Shown here piece by piece: positions 1-11,362 of a stretch of 64,000 nucleotides of DNA (its first letter is position 1; each line of letters opens with the position of its first letter). A model generated the notes under the pieces. The model searched no databases, was not told the DNA's origin, and saw only the letters and a list, made by a program, of their open reading frames with translations. The stretch spans positions 289,168,001 to 289,232,000 of the forward strand of contig OZ024743.1 of the NCBI GenBank assembly GCA_964016885.1, given 5' to 3'. The translations under genes and the position numbers were made by a program. This stretch comes from Eledone cirrhosa (Eukaryota).

Positions 1-251
1 TTATATATATATATATAAATTTTTTTTAAATAAACCTACAAATGAAGGACAAAGCTGCAAGATCATCAGCTGTTGAGATGGACTTTGGCAGCTTCGACCC
101 CTACCAATAGTACTGTTGGTCCACCATGGATCACAGCGTCTGACATCAGCCAAACGCTGCCCATTGGGGTAAGAGACGAGGAACAAATCATTAATTCATA
201 GCAATTAAGCAACACGTACACATAGAATGTTTGTGACGTCAAGGAAAAGGT

Positions 252-253
<2 letters not shown>

Positions 254-291
<38 letters not shown>

Positions 292-495
292 GAAGAACGA
301 GGAATCAGTATTGCTCTGCGGACGCGCATTTACCTGCAACCCTACAATAAAACTATATATATATATATATATATAAATATATATATATAAAAAAAATATA
401 TATATATATATAGAAAGAGAGAGAGAGGGATAGATAGATATAAAGTTAGGTAGATTTATATACATATATATGTGTGTGTGTGCGTGTGTGTGTGT
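254..495. repeat. Compound (TA)n/(GA)n/(TG)n microsatellite tracts
   Basis: Directly visible dinucleotide runs separated by short unique segments. Confidence 0.9.
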
Positions 496-910
496 AATCT
501 GCAATCCACGTCGGTAATGCTAAATTCCTATTACTTCCACGTGTGCAAAGTATATCCATTTTCATTATAACTAACGTTTTACTAGATTAAAATACCTTAA
601 TGAGTTTTGATATAAAACGAGGCACTACTTAACACGAACTAACATCTGCAAAAACGAGAAAGCGTTTCAAAATTTGGCAGTGTCTTGAAAGCAGCTACAT
701 TTTACCGGAAATAACAGTTGTTATAAGTGACTTAAAGTATGAATAAATCCTACATATTTATTTTCGTTGTTGGTCTTGGCGTTGTAATAAATAAAAATAT
801 AAACAAAAATTAAATATATTCAAAAATGGAAAAAAGGTACGATAAAATTATACATATTATTACTCTCAATGAATTAAATAAAGGCATTATTGATATTATT
901 ATTATTATTA

Positions 911-947
911 AGGGCGGTGGATCGGCAGAATCGGTAGAGCGTCGCAC
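911..947 (+). mobile_element. 5' head fragment of tRNA-derived SINE family A, directly after an (ATT)n run
   Basis: AGGGCGGTGGATCGGCAGAATCGGTAGAGCGTCG matches the start of the full copies at 1546 and 55033 (box A-like TGGCnnnnTCGG). Confidence 0.6.
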
Positions 948-1200
948 AATATTTGTTCAGGGTAAAAGAAAAGGAATAAAGCTGATGGTGCAGGGACGAA
1001 AACCCAATTACTATACCTGAAGTATTCAGAACGACATCAGTGTTCCTGGTCAAAAGGAATAGGAAAATCAGCCGAGAAACGCAAAAAAAAAAAAAAAAAA
1101 TGCTTCAAAGAAAACAAAAGTTCAATCTGAGTCTTGTGCACCATTGGCTACAGCCGGGGATTCACTGTACCATCAAGTTTTCAGACAAATTCGTTGCATT

Positions 1201-1366
1201 GGGTCGGACGCCATGCTTTGAAGCCTAGATTTACCGCCCTTTATAATCTGAGTTCAAATCCCGCCGAGGTTAACTTTGCCTTTTAACCTTACGGGGTCGA
1301 TGAAATAAAGTACAAGTAATGCACTGGGATAATTGCTGGCTTTGTACCAAAAGTAGAAACAATTAT
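1201..1366 (+). mobile_element. tRNA-derived SINE family A copy (5'-truncated)
   Basis: Box B GAGTTCAAATCCC, central GAGGTTAACTTTGCCTTT..CCTTACGGGGTCGAT.AAATAAAGTAC, tail AGAAACAATTAT; same family as many other copies in the window. Confidence 0.85.
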
Positions 1367-1392
1367 CTATTCACAGTATATTGTGTGACATA

Positions 1393-1538
1393 TTTACGTC
1401 CCTTTAGGTTCTGAGTTCAAATCGCATGGAGGTTAGCTTTGCCTTCGATCCTAACGGATAAAGTACCACACTAGGGTCGATTTAATCTACATGCTCCCAC
1501 CAAATTGTTGGCCTGTTGCCTAAATTAGAACCATTATT
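1393..1538 (+). mobile_element. SINE family A copy (diverged)
   Basis: CTGAGTTCAAATC..GAGGTTAGCTTTGCCTT..GGGTCGATTTAATC..CCTAAATTAGAACCATTATT. Confidence 0.75.
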
Positions 1539-1545
1539 TACTTAC

Positions 1546-1737
1546 AGGCGGTGGATTGGCAGTATCGGTAGAGGGTTGGACGCCATGCTTTGACGCATAG
1601 AGTTACGGCCCTTGCCATTCTGAGTTCAAATCCCGCCGAGGTTAACTTTGCCTTTCTTCTTTACGGGGTCGATGAAATAAAGTACCAGTAATGCACTGGC
1701 TAATTCTGGCCTTGTGCCAAAAGTAGAAACAATTATT
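1546..1737 (+). mobile_element. SINE family A, near full length
   Basis: Box A/B-like head GGCGGTGGATTGGCAGTATCGGTAGAG...GAGTTCAAATCCCGCC, conserved centre, and tail CCTTGTGCCAAAAGTAGAAACAATTATT. The centre resembles the shared Meta/Nin-type SINE domain from memory; family name unverified. Confidence 0.9.
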
Positions 1738-1874
1738 TCAAGCGACATGTATTCTTTTCACATCGAGGTCTAGTTGCATTAAACTTTACTGGGGTTGATA
1801 AAATAGAAGGCCAGCCCAGTAATAGTTCTATCTCATCGTTTAACCTTTTCACCTACTTCTACTGATGCCAACAC

Positions 1875-1897
1875 CGCTGCTGCTGTTGCTGCTACTG

Positions 1898-1928
<31 letters not shown>

Positions 1929-2003
1929 CACCACCACCACCACCACCACCACCACCACCACCGCCACCACCACCACCACCACCACTACTACTACTACTAC
2001 TAC
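1875..2003. repeat. Compound trinucleotide microsatellite (GCT)n(ACT)n(ACC)n(ACT)n
   Basis: Directly visible. Confidence 0.95.
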
Positions 2004-2386
2004 TTTATTATATGTTGTTAAGATCAACCGTATCAAAGAATAAGATACTGTACAGGAAACATACATTTATGTGCTGTGAAACATATTGTTCAGTATTTAC
2101 CTTAACATTATTATGATGTAACATGAGAGCGTATATGTTGTGTATGCATGTGTGTATATGTGTCTGTACGTGTGTATGTGTTTATGGTAGAGCTGGACAA
2201 AATGTCTGCGTGCGTGAGTGACTTAAGTGTCTGTATTTTATACTTGTTACATAATTACCTGAACATGCGAGGCAGAAAATGTATGTATGTATAAACAGAC
2301 ACAGATACACTCACATATCTACGAGGATAGACTCACACTTATACATATATATTCATACAAAGACGTATTATACGCACACAAAGTTA

Positions 2387-2586
2387 NNNNNNNNNNNNNN
2401 NNNNNNNNNNNNNNNNNNNNNNNNNNNNNNNNNNNNNNNNNNNNNNNNNNNNNNNNNNNNNNNNNNNNNNNNNNNNNNNNNNNNNNNNNNNNNNNNNNNN
2501 NNNNNNNNNNNNNNNNNNNNNNNNNNNNNNNNNNNNNNNNNNNNNNNNNNNNNNNNNNNNNNNNNNNNNNNNNNNNNNNNNNNNNN
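2387..2586. other. Assembly gap (200 N)
   Basis: Run of N. Confidence 1.
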
Positions 2587-2799
2587 ACGACGACGACGAC
2601 GACGACGACGACGAAGAAGAAGAAGAAGAAGAAGAAGGAGAAGAAGAAGAAGAAGGAGAAGAAGAAGAAGAAGAAGAAGATGACCACGACGACGACGACG
2701 ACGACGAAGAAGAAGAAGAAAAAGAAGGAGAAGAAGAAGAAGAAGAAGAAGGAGAAGAAGAAGAAGAAGAAGAAGAAAGAAAAAGAAGAAGAAGAAGAA

Positions 2800-2858
<59 letters not shown>

Positions 2859-3315
2859 AGAAGAAGAAGAAGAAGAAGAAGAAGAAGAAGAAGAAGAAAA
2901 AGAAGAAGAAGCAGAAGAAGAAGAAGAAGAAGAAAAACAAGAAGAAGAAGAAGACGAAGAAAAAAAAGAAGAAGAAGAAGAAGAAGACGACGACGACGAC
3001 GACGACGACGACGAAGAAGAAGAAGAAGAAGAAGACGAAGAAAAAGAAGAAGAAGAAGAAGAAGAAGAAGGAGAAGGAGAAGAGAAGAAAAAAAAAAAGA
3101 AGAAGAAGAAGAAGAAGAAGAAGAAGAAGAAGAAGAAAAAGAAGAAGAAGAAGAAGACGAAGAAAAAGAAGAAGAAGACGAAGAAGAATAAGAAAAAGAA
3201 GAAGAAGAAGAAGGAGAAGAAGGAGAAGAAGAAGAGGAAGAAGAAGACGAAGAAAAAGAAGAAGACGAAGAAGAAGAAGAAGAAGAAGAAGACGAAGACG
3301 AAGAAGAAGAAGAAG

Positions 3316-3347
<32 letters not shown>

Positions 3348-3357
3348 GAAAAAAGGA

Positions 3358-3388
<31 letters not shown>

Positions 3389-3480
3389 AAGAAGATGAAG
3401 AAAAAGAAGAAGAAGAAGAAGAAGAAGAAGGAGAAGAAGAAGAAGAAGAAAAAGAAGAAGAAGAAGAAGAAGAAGAAGAA

Positions 3481-3512
<32 letters not shown>

Positions 3513-3615
3513 AGAAGAAGAAGAAGAAGAAGAAGAAGAAGAAGAAGAAGAAGAAGAAGGAGAAGAAGAAAAAGAAGAAGAAGAAGAAGAAGAAGAAGAA
3601 GAAGAAGAAGAAGAA

Positions 3616-3665
<50 letters not shown>

Positions 3666-3954
3666 AGAAGAAGAAGAAGAAGAAGAAGAAGAAGAAGAAG
3701 AAGAAGAAGAAGAAGAAGAAGAAGAAGAAGAAAAAAAAAGAAGAATAAGAAGTAGAAAAAAAGGATAAGAAGAAGAAGAAGAAGAAGAAGAAGACGAAGA
3801 AGAAGAAGAAGAAGAAGCAGAAGAAGAAGAAGAAGAAGAAGAAGAAGAAGAAGAAGAAGAAGAAGAAGAAGAAGACGACGAAAAAGAAGAAGAAGAAGAA
3901 GAAGAAGAAGAAGAAGAAGAAGAAGAAGAAGAAGACAACGACGACGACGACGAC

Positions 3955-3985
<31 letters not shown>

Positions 3986-5078
3986 AAGAAGAAGAAGACG
4001 AAGAAGAAGAAGAAGAAGAAGAAGAAGAAGAAGAAGAAGAAGCCGACGACGACGTCGACGAAGAAGAAGAAGAAGAAGAAGAAGAAGAAGAAGAAGAAGA
4101 AGAAGAAGAAGAAGAAGAAGAAGAAGAAGAAGAAGACGACGACGACGACGAAGAAGAAGAAGAAGAAGAAGAAGAAGAAGAAGAAGAAGAAGAAAAAGAA
4201 AAAGAAGAATAATAATAATAATAATAATAATAAGAAGAAGAAGATAAAGAAGAAGAAGAAGAAGAAAAAGAAGAAGATGAAGAAGAAGAAGAAGAAGAAG
4301 AAGAAGAAGACGACGACGACGACGAAGGCGAAGAAGAAGAAGAAGAAGAAGAAGAAGAAGAATAAGAAGAAGAAGAAGAAGAAGACGGAGACGATAAAGA
4401 AGAAGAAGAATAAGGAGAAGAAGAAGAAGAAGAAGAATAAGAAGAAGAAGAAGACGACGACGACGAAGAAGAAGAAGAAGACGAAGAAGAAGAAGAAGAA
4501 GAAGAAGAAGAAGAAGAAGAAGACGACGACGAAGAAGAAGAAGAAGAAGAAGACGAAGAAGAAGAAGAAGAAGAAGAAGAAGAAGAAGAAGAAGAAGATG
4601 AAGAAGAAGACGAAGAAATAGAAGAAGAAGAAGAAGAAGAAGACGACGACGACGACGACGAAGAAGAAGAAGAAGAAGAAGAAGAAGAAGAAGAAGAAGA
4701 AAAAGAAAAAGAAGAAGAAGAAGAAGAAGAAGAAGAAGAAGAAGATAAAGAAGAAGAAGAAGAAGAAAAAGAAGAAGATGAAGAAGAAGACGACGACGAC
4801 GACGACGAAGAAGAAGAAGAAGAAGAAGAAGGAGAAGAAAAAAAGAAAAAGAAGAAGAAGAAGAAGAAGAAGACGACGACGACGACGACGACGACGACGA
4901 AGAAGAAGAAGAAGAAGAAGAAGGAGAAGAAGAAGAAGAAGGAGAAGAAGAAGAAGAAGAAGATGACCACGACGACGACGACGACGACGAAGAAGAAGAA
5001 GAAAAAGAAGGAGAAGAAGAAGAAGAAGAAGAAGGAGAAGAAGAAGAAGAAGAAAAAGAAAAAGAAGAAGAAGAAGAA

Positions 5079-5128
<50 letters not shown>

Positions 5129-5582
5129 AGAAGAAGAAGAAGAAGAAGAAGAAGAAGAAAAAGAAGAAGAAGCAGAAGAAGAAGAAGAAGAAGAAAAACA
5201 AGAAGAAGAAGAAGACGAAGAAAAAAAAGAAGAAGAAGAAGAAGAAGACGACGACGACGACGACGACGACGAAGAAGAAGAAGAAGAAGAAGACGAAGAA
5301 AAAGAAGAAGAAGAAGAAGAAGAAGAAGAAGAAGGAGAAGAGAAGAAAAAAAAAAAGAAGAAGAAGAAGAAGAAGAAGAAGAAGAAGAAGAAGAAGAAGA
5401 AGAAGAAGAAGAAAAAGAAGAAGAAGAAGAAGACGAAGAAAAAGAAGAAGAAGACGAAGAAGAATAAGAAAAAGAAGAAGAAGAAGAAGGAGAAGAAGGA
5501 GAAGAAGAAGAGGAAGAAGAAGACGAAGAAAAAGAAGAAGACGAAGAAGAAGAAGAAGAAGAAGAAGACGAAGACGAAGAAG

Positions 5583-5614
<32 letters not shown>

Positions 5615-5624
5615 GAAAAAAGGA

Positions 5625-5655
<31 letters not shown>

Positions 5656-5869
5656 AAGATGAAGAAAAAGAAGAAGAAGAAGAAGAAGAAGAAGGAGAAG
5701 AAGAAGAAGAAGAAGAAAATAAGAAGAAGAAGAAGAAGAAGAAGACGACGACGACGACGACGACGAAGAAGAAGAAGAAGAAGAAGAAGAAGAAGAAGAA
5801 GAAGAAGAAGAAGGAGAAGAAGAAAAAGAAGAAGAAGAAGAAGAAGAAGAAGAAGAAGAAGAAGAAGAA

Positions 5870-5916
<47 letters not shown>

Positions 5917-6198
5917 AGAAGAAGAAGAAGAAGAAGAAGAAGAAGAAGAAGAAGAAGAAGAAGAAAAAAAAAAAGAAGAATAAGAAGTAGAAAAAAAGGA
6001 TAAGAAGAAGAAGAAGAAGAAGAAGAAGACGAAGAAGAAGAAGAAGAAGAAGCAGAAGAAGAAGAAGAAGAAGAAGAAGAAGAAGAAGAAGAAGAAGAAG
6101 AAGAAGAAGAAGAAGACGACGAAAAAGAAGAAGAAGAAGAAGAAGAAGAAGAAGAAGAAGAAGAAGAAGAAGAAGAAGACAACGACGACGACGACGAC

Positions 6199-6229
<31 letters not shown>

Positions 6230-7610
6230 AAGACGAAGAAGAAGAAGAAGAAGAAGAAGAAGAAGAAGAAGAAGAAGAAGAAGCCGACGACGACGTCGAC
6301 GAAGAAGAAGAAGAAGAAGAAGAAGAAGAAGAAGAAGAAGAAGAAGAAGAAGAAGAAGAAGACGACGACGACGACGACGACGACGAAGAAGAAGAAGAAG
6401 AAGAAGAAGAAGAAGAAGAAGAAGAAGAAGAAAAAGAAAAAGAAGAATAATAATAATAATAATAATAATAAGAAGAAGAAGATAAAGAAGAAGAAGAAGA
6501 AGAAAAAGAAGAAGATGAAGAAGAAGAAGAAGAAGAAGAAGAAGAAGAAGACGACGACGACGACGAAGGCGAAGAAGAAGAAGAAGAAGAAGAAGAAGAA
6601 GAAGAAGAATAAGAAGAAGAAGAAGAAGAAGACGGAGAAGAAGAAGAAGAAGAAGAAGAAGAAGAAGACGGAGACGATAAAGAAGAAGAAGAATAAGGAG
6701 AAGAAGAAGAAGAAGAAGAAGAAGAAGAAGAAGAAGACGACGACGACGAAGAAGAAGAAGAAGACGAAGAAGAAGAAGAAGAAGAAGAAGAAGAAGAAGA
6801 AGAAGAAGAAGAAGAAGAAGACGACGACGAAGAAGAAGAAGAAGAAGAAGACGAAGAAGAAGAAGAAGAAGAAGAAGAAGAAGAAGAAGAAGAAGAAGAA
6901 GATGAAGAAGAAGACGAAGAAATAGAAGAAGAAGAAGAAGAAGACGACGACGACGACGACGAAGAAGAAGAAGAAGAAGAAGAAGAAGAAGAAGAAGAAG
7001 AAGAAAAAGAAAAAGAAGAAGAAGAAGAAGAAGAAGAAGAAGAAGAAGAAGAAGAAGAAGATAAAGAAGAAGAAGAAGAAGAAAAAGAAGAAGATGAAGA
7101 AGAAGAAGAAGAAGAAGAAGAAGAAGAAGAAGAAGAAGAAGAAGAAGAAGAAGACGACGACGACGACGAAGGCGAAGAAGAAGAAGAAGAAGAAGAAGAA
7201 GAAGAAGAAGAAGAAGAAGAAGAAGAAGAAGACGGAGACGATAAAGAAGAAGAAGAAGGAGAAGAAGAAGAAGAAGAAGAAGAAGAAGAAGAAGAAGAAG
7301 AAGAAGAAGAAGACGACGACGACGACGAAGAAGAAGAAGAAGAAGAAGAAGAATAAGAAGAAGAAGAAGAAGAAGAAGACGACGACGACGACGAAGAAGA
7401 AGAAGAAGAAGAAGACGAAGAAGAAGAAGAAGAAGAAGAAGAAGAAGAAGAAGAAGAAGAAGAAGATGAAGTAGAAGACGAAGAAATAGAAGAAGAAGAA
7501 GAAGAAGAAGAAGAAGACGACGACGACGACGACGAAGAAGAAGAAGAAGAAGAAGAAGAAGAAGAAGAAGAAGAAGAAGAAGAAGAAGAAGAAGAAGACG
7601 AAGAAGACGA

Positions 7611-7612
<2 letters not shown>
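2587..7612. repeat. ~5 kb compound (GAA)n/(GAC)n array with a ~2.3 kb higher-order duplication
   Basis: Strongly purine-rich + strand; rare interruptions recur in the same order about 2.25-2.3 kb apart (e.g. TGACCAC 2681/4964, GCCGACGACGACGTCGAC 4042/6283, (TAA)n 4210/6448). Confidence 0.95.

Positions 7613-7663
<51 letters not shown>
7613..7663. repeat. (AAT)17 tract at the 3' junction of Tx1-like copy A
   Basis: Directly visible. Confidence 0.95.
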
Positions 7664-7664
<1 letters not shown>

Positions 7665-7908
7665 TTTTCTTTATTAACCACAAGGGTTTACATAAAGTAG
7701 ACATTAAGGACAGTACAGGACAATACAGGGCGGTACAAATGGGCATTTCTGCGTGTAAAAAAAAACGGAGGTTGAAATAAAATAACAAAGAAAAATTCCC
7801 CAATAGGGGGTAGACTTCCGAGGGACTTTTGTGGAGAAAGCCCATTAAAAGACCACAGTGGCCCTGACCACCAGGGCAAGTGCCCTCTCCCAGTTTTCCA
7901 CCTTTAAT

Positions 7909-10900
7909 TTACAGACACATACTCAGAGAAGGCCCATTCATTCGGGCCATACTTGCTTCTCTCACCCATCTTTCAACAAAATGCTGGGAAGAGAGCACTT
8001 CCCTCTCTACCCTGATTTTCCTTTTCAAATGAAATTTGAAAAAGTTAATCAGGGCATCACCGAAGAGGTAAGTGCTCGTCTTCAGCCCTTTCAAACGTGT
8101 CCACCATACTATCTCTTTCGCCATGGCCACCAGACAGATAAAAACTGCCTGCCCTTCCTGGCTAAAGGAAGAGGGCGGGGCAATCCTCACGATGGACTCA
8201 GCTGATAGCTGGATCCGTCCTACACGTGACAGCAGGTGTTCGACATAAACCCACAAGTCAGCAATGCTCGGACACTGGACGAGTGCGTGCAGGACGGTTT
8301 CGTCGCCCTGCGCGCATCTCGGACATGCCCGGCTGACGGCACCTCCATGCCTGTAGAGTTTATCCCGAACTGGCAAAGCTCCTCGGTAGCACTGCCAGGC
8401 CAGGAATTTCTGGAAGTTGTCCATAGGCCCCGGCCCGAAAGTCCTTCCGAAGAGATTGGCTAGTTGATTTTCGTCGACGCCTAGAGTTTCTCCAAGTACG
8501 TCGTCGCTCTTCCCCTCCACTAATCCCCTATAGAACGCCAAGGTGGAGTTTCCACCGATCACATTGCCCGATTGGTCGAGGGCTGTGAGCGCCTGAAGAC
8601 ATTCCAGTCTCCAAGCGCTCCCTCTCGGTCTTCGCTTGACCCAGGACTGCAGCTCCGTCAAGGAGACGAGCTGGGAAAAACGTGTCTAGCAAACGGGGAC
8701 CACACCTGATCACCGTCGAGGAAGAGGTGGAAATGTCGTAGCCATGAGCGCGTGTCTGCGCATCATCAGCCACGGCATGCCCAGCCCTCCACGTAGCGGG
8801 TGTTGACAGCAGATGGACCGCCTGACCATCGGAGCGCGTCCCTTCCACAAGAAGCGAAAGAGCAAACGCTCCAGCGCAGTCAGGCGGGGCTTAGGACAAG
8901 GTACGACGGTCAGGCGGTAGTAGATGACGGATGCGATGTACGCATTCGCCACCTCCGCTCAACCTTTCAGGGATAGCTTCCTCTCGGCCCATTTCTGGGT
9001 GAGAGAAGCCACCCTGCTCGTCACCTCGTCCCAGTTTTTGTCCGTCTGGAGGTCTGGACCGAACCAGACCCCTAGCAATTTAACCGGTCCGTCCGTCCAG
9101 CGCCCGACGACGCTGTTGGACGGCATGGACCTGCCTCTCCAGGTGCCGAGATGCAGGCCCACTGACTTTTCCTGGTTGATCATTGCTCCTGTCACCGCTT
9201 CGTATTCTCTTAGTGTAGTGCCGATCGCCTCGATGTGTTTGGCGTTCGACACCACTACGGTGACATCGTCGGCATATGCTGACACGGATCTTCCGCATCC
9301 TAGTTCGCGCGGGACACCCCTCAACGTCTCCAGTTTGTGCAGTAATGGCTCGAGAGTCAATACGTACAATAGGGACGAGAGGGGACATCCTTGGCGGACC
9401 GAGCGCATGATGTTGAACGGTTCCGAAAGGTGACCGTTCACTCTCACTACAGAGCAGATGTCGCTGTGCATGGCAGCGATCCAGCCTCTGAAGACGGGCC
9501 CAAAGCCAGCCGCCCTCAGGACTGCCGCTTGGTAACGATGGTCGACCCTATCGAAGGCTTTCGACTGATCTAAATTGATCAAAGACCCACCCGTGCCATG
9601 TTCCCTAGCTACCCTCTCTACGATGTATTGCATGAGGTGGAGGTTGTCGTGGATGGATCTGTCGGGAATGGCGCATGTCTGTGCCTCTCCCACCAGACCA
9701 CCAACGACAAGCGCCAACCTCTTTGCTAGCACCTTGGCCAAAATCTTGAACTCTGTGTTTAGCAGAGTTATGGGCCTAAAATTATCTATGTTATCCCTCT
9801 TGTTCGGATCCTTTCTCAGCAGCGCCACCACTCCTCGGCTCACAGAGCTGGGAATTCTCCCGTTCTGTTGCCAGTTGCAGTAGACGTCCGCCAAGAGGCC
9901 TCCGAACAAGTCTGGCATTTGTACGTAAAGTTCATAGGGTAGACCATCCAAACCAGGCGATTTACCCCTTGTGCAACTAGTCATTGCATCCCGTACTTCA
10001 GCGGTTGTTATCGGCTTTTCGCAACACTCCGCCTCAGTGGCCGAAAGCCGCGGCAGTCCGTCGAGGTAGACACTAAAGTCCATCCCTCGATCCGGCCCGC
10101 CACTGCCCCCGAACAGTTGAGCGAAGTGTCGCTGAAAAGCTTCACACATTTGCCCGGGATCGAGTAGCATGCGCCCGTCGTGGTCCACCAAAGACCGGAT
10201 CGTGGCTTCGTTGCCACGACGCGCCTCCGCCACTCGGGCCCATTGAACGGCTTTCGTCCCCTCGTGTCTGAGAGCACGCACCCTAGCTCTGACAACGCAG
10301 CCTTCGTGCTTTGCATTGAAGAATTGGTCAAGGGCCAATTTCGCCGCAAGTACGTCGGTCGCGATGCCTTTGCTAAGCGCCTCATCTAAATTTCTAACTA
10401 ATTCTCCCTCTGCTCTATTTTTCTCTATTGCTAAAGTCTTACTAAACCTAATGGACTCTATTCTAATTGCTCTTTTCAGAGCAAACCACCACTTATTGTT
10501 GACGATGGCCCCCGTCAACGCCCGCTTAACTAGTTCGCTAATCCGGTCTCTGTAGGCCTTGCGCGCTGGTAAGGACGCGTTTAGCTTCCAGTGGCCGGGT
10601 CCTCGTCTATGAAGCCTATCTAAGTCAAGCACACAGATCACGAATTTGTGGTCCGTGTAGCTGACTATCTTGAATTGTGGACAGCCTATGCTAGACCTAT
10701 CTATTTCCCTACAAAATACTCTATCTAGATATGATCTGGATGACCCTATGCGATTTGTCCAAGTCCACATTGGTACATTCGGGAAATCCATTCGGTACCT
10801 GTCAGACAGTTCAAAACGTCTGAGCAGGTTGGTGAGACTCTTGCACCCTCCTTCCCTATCCACTAATCCCACACAATCCCAGCGTGCATCTAAGATCCCG

Positions 10901-11328
10901 TTCCATTCTCCCACTAACACTAAAGAGCGTGACGTTCCAAGAAAGGTCTCCAGACGCCGGAAGAAATCAGGCCGCCCTGCTCCTGTCGGGGCATAGACGG
11001 CTACTAACCTGAAAGCTTGCCCGTCTCCGCTGGTCACGTCCAGCACCACCAACTTACCTTCTGGGTCCAGGAAGATGGCCCGTATGGCAAGATCCAAACC
11101 TCTCCGAAAAAGCACAGCAACACCTCCCTCCGATCCCGGACGGCTGGGAGATGCGTACACATCGTAGCCGCCGAAGATCGGTGCGAAAGCCTGTGCTTCG
11201 GAGATTCTGGTCTCGCTGATGGCCACTACATCTATGTTTAGTGACCTGAGGTCGTTGAGCAGGTGGCCCTGCTTCCATGACGACCCCAAGCCACGCGCAT
11301 TTATGCTGCCTATTCTGAGTGAGGTCAT
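7909..11328 (-). pseudogene. ORF2 of Tx1-like copy A (APE endonuclease, RT, C-terminal CCHC), disrupted
   Basis: SINARGL, ISET, GEWN (GDWN in copy B), TDH; RT motifs KSPGLDG, RPITLLN, KAFDRV, RQGCPLS, YADD; CPRC..ETVLHALVQC. TGA at 8959-8961 (CGA in copy B) and indels near 8745 and 8680. Confidence 0.9.
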
Positions 11329-11362
11329 GTTGATAAGGAGTGGAAAAGATGGGAAAGACCTC

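Noticed and set aside
36-186. 61-aa ORF and a CTGATGA on the - strand
   Set aside because: No recognisable protein, and no correctly placed GAAA or stems for a hammerhead.
2279-7845. Very long ORFs (up to 1825 aa) of poly-F/L/S/K/R/E
   Set aside because: Translations of (GAA/GAC)n, several running through the N gap; stop-free only because of repeat composition.
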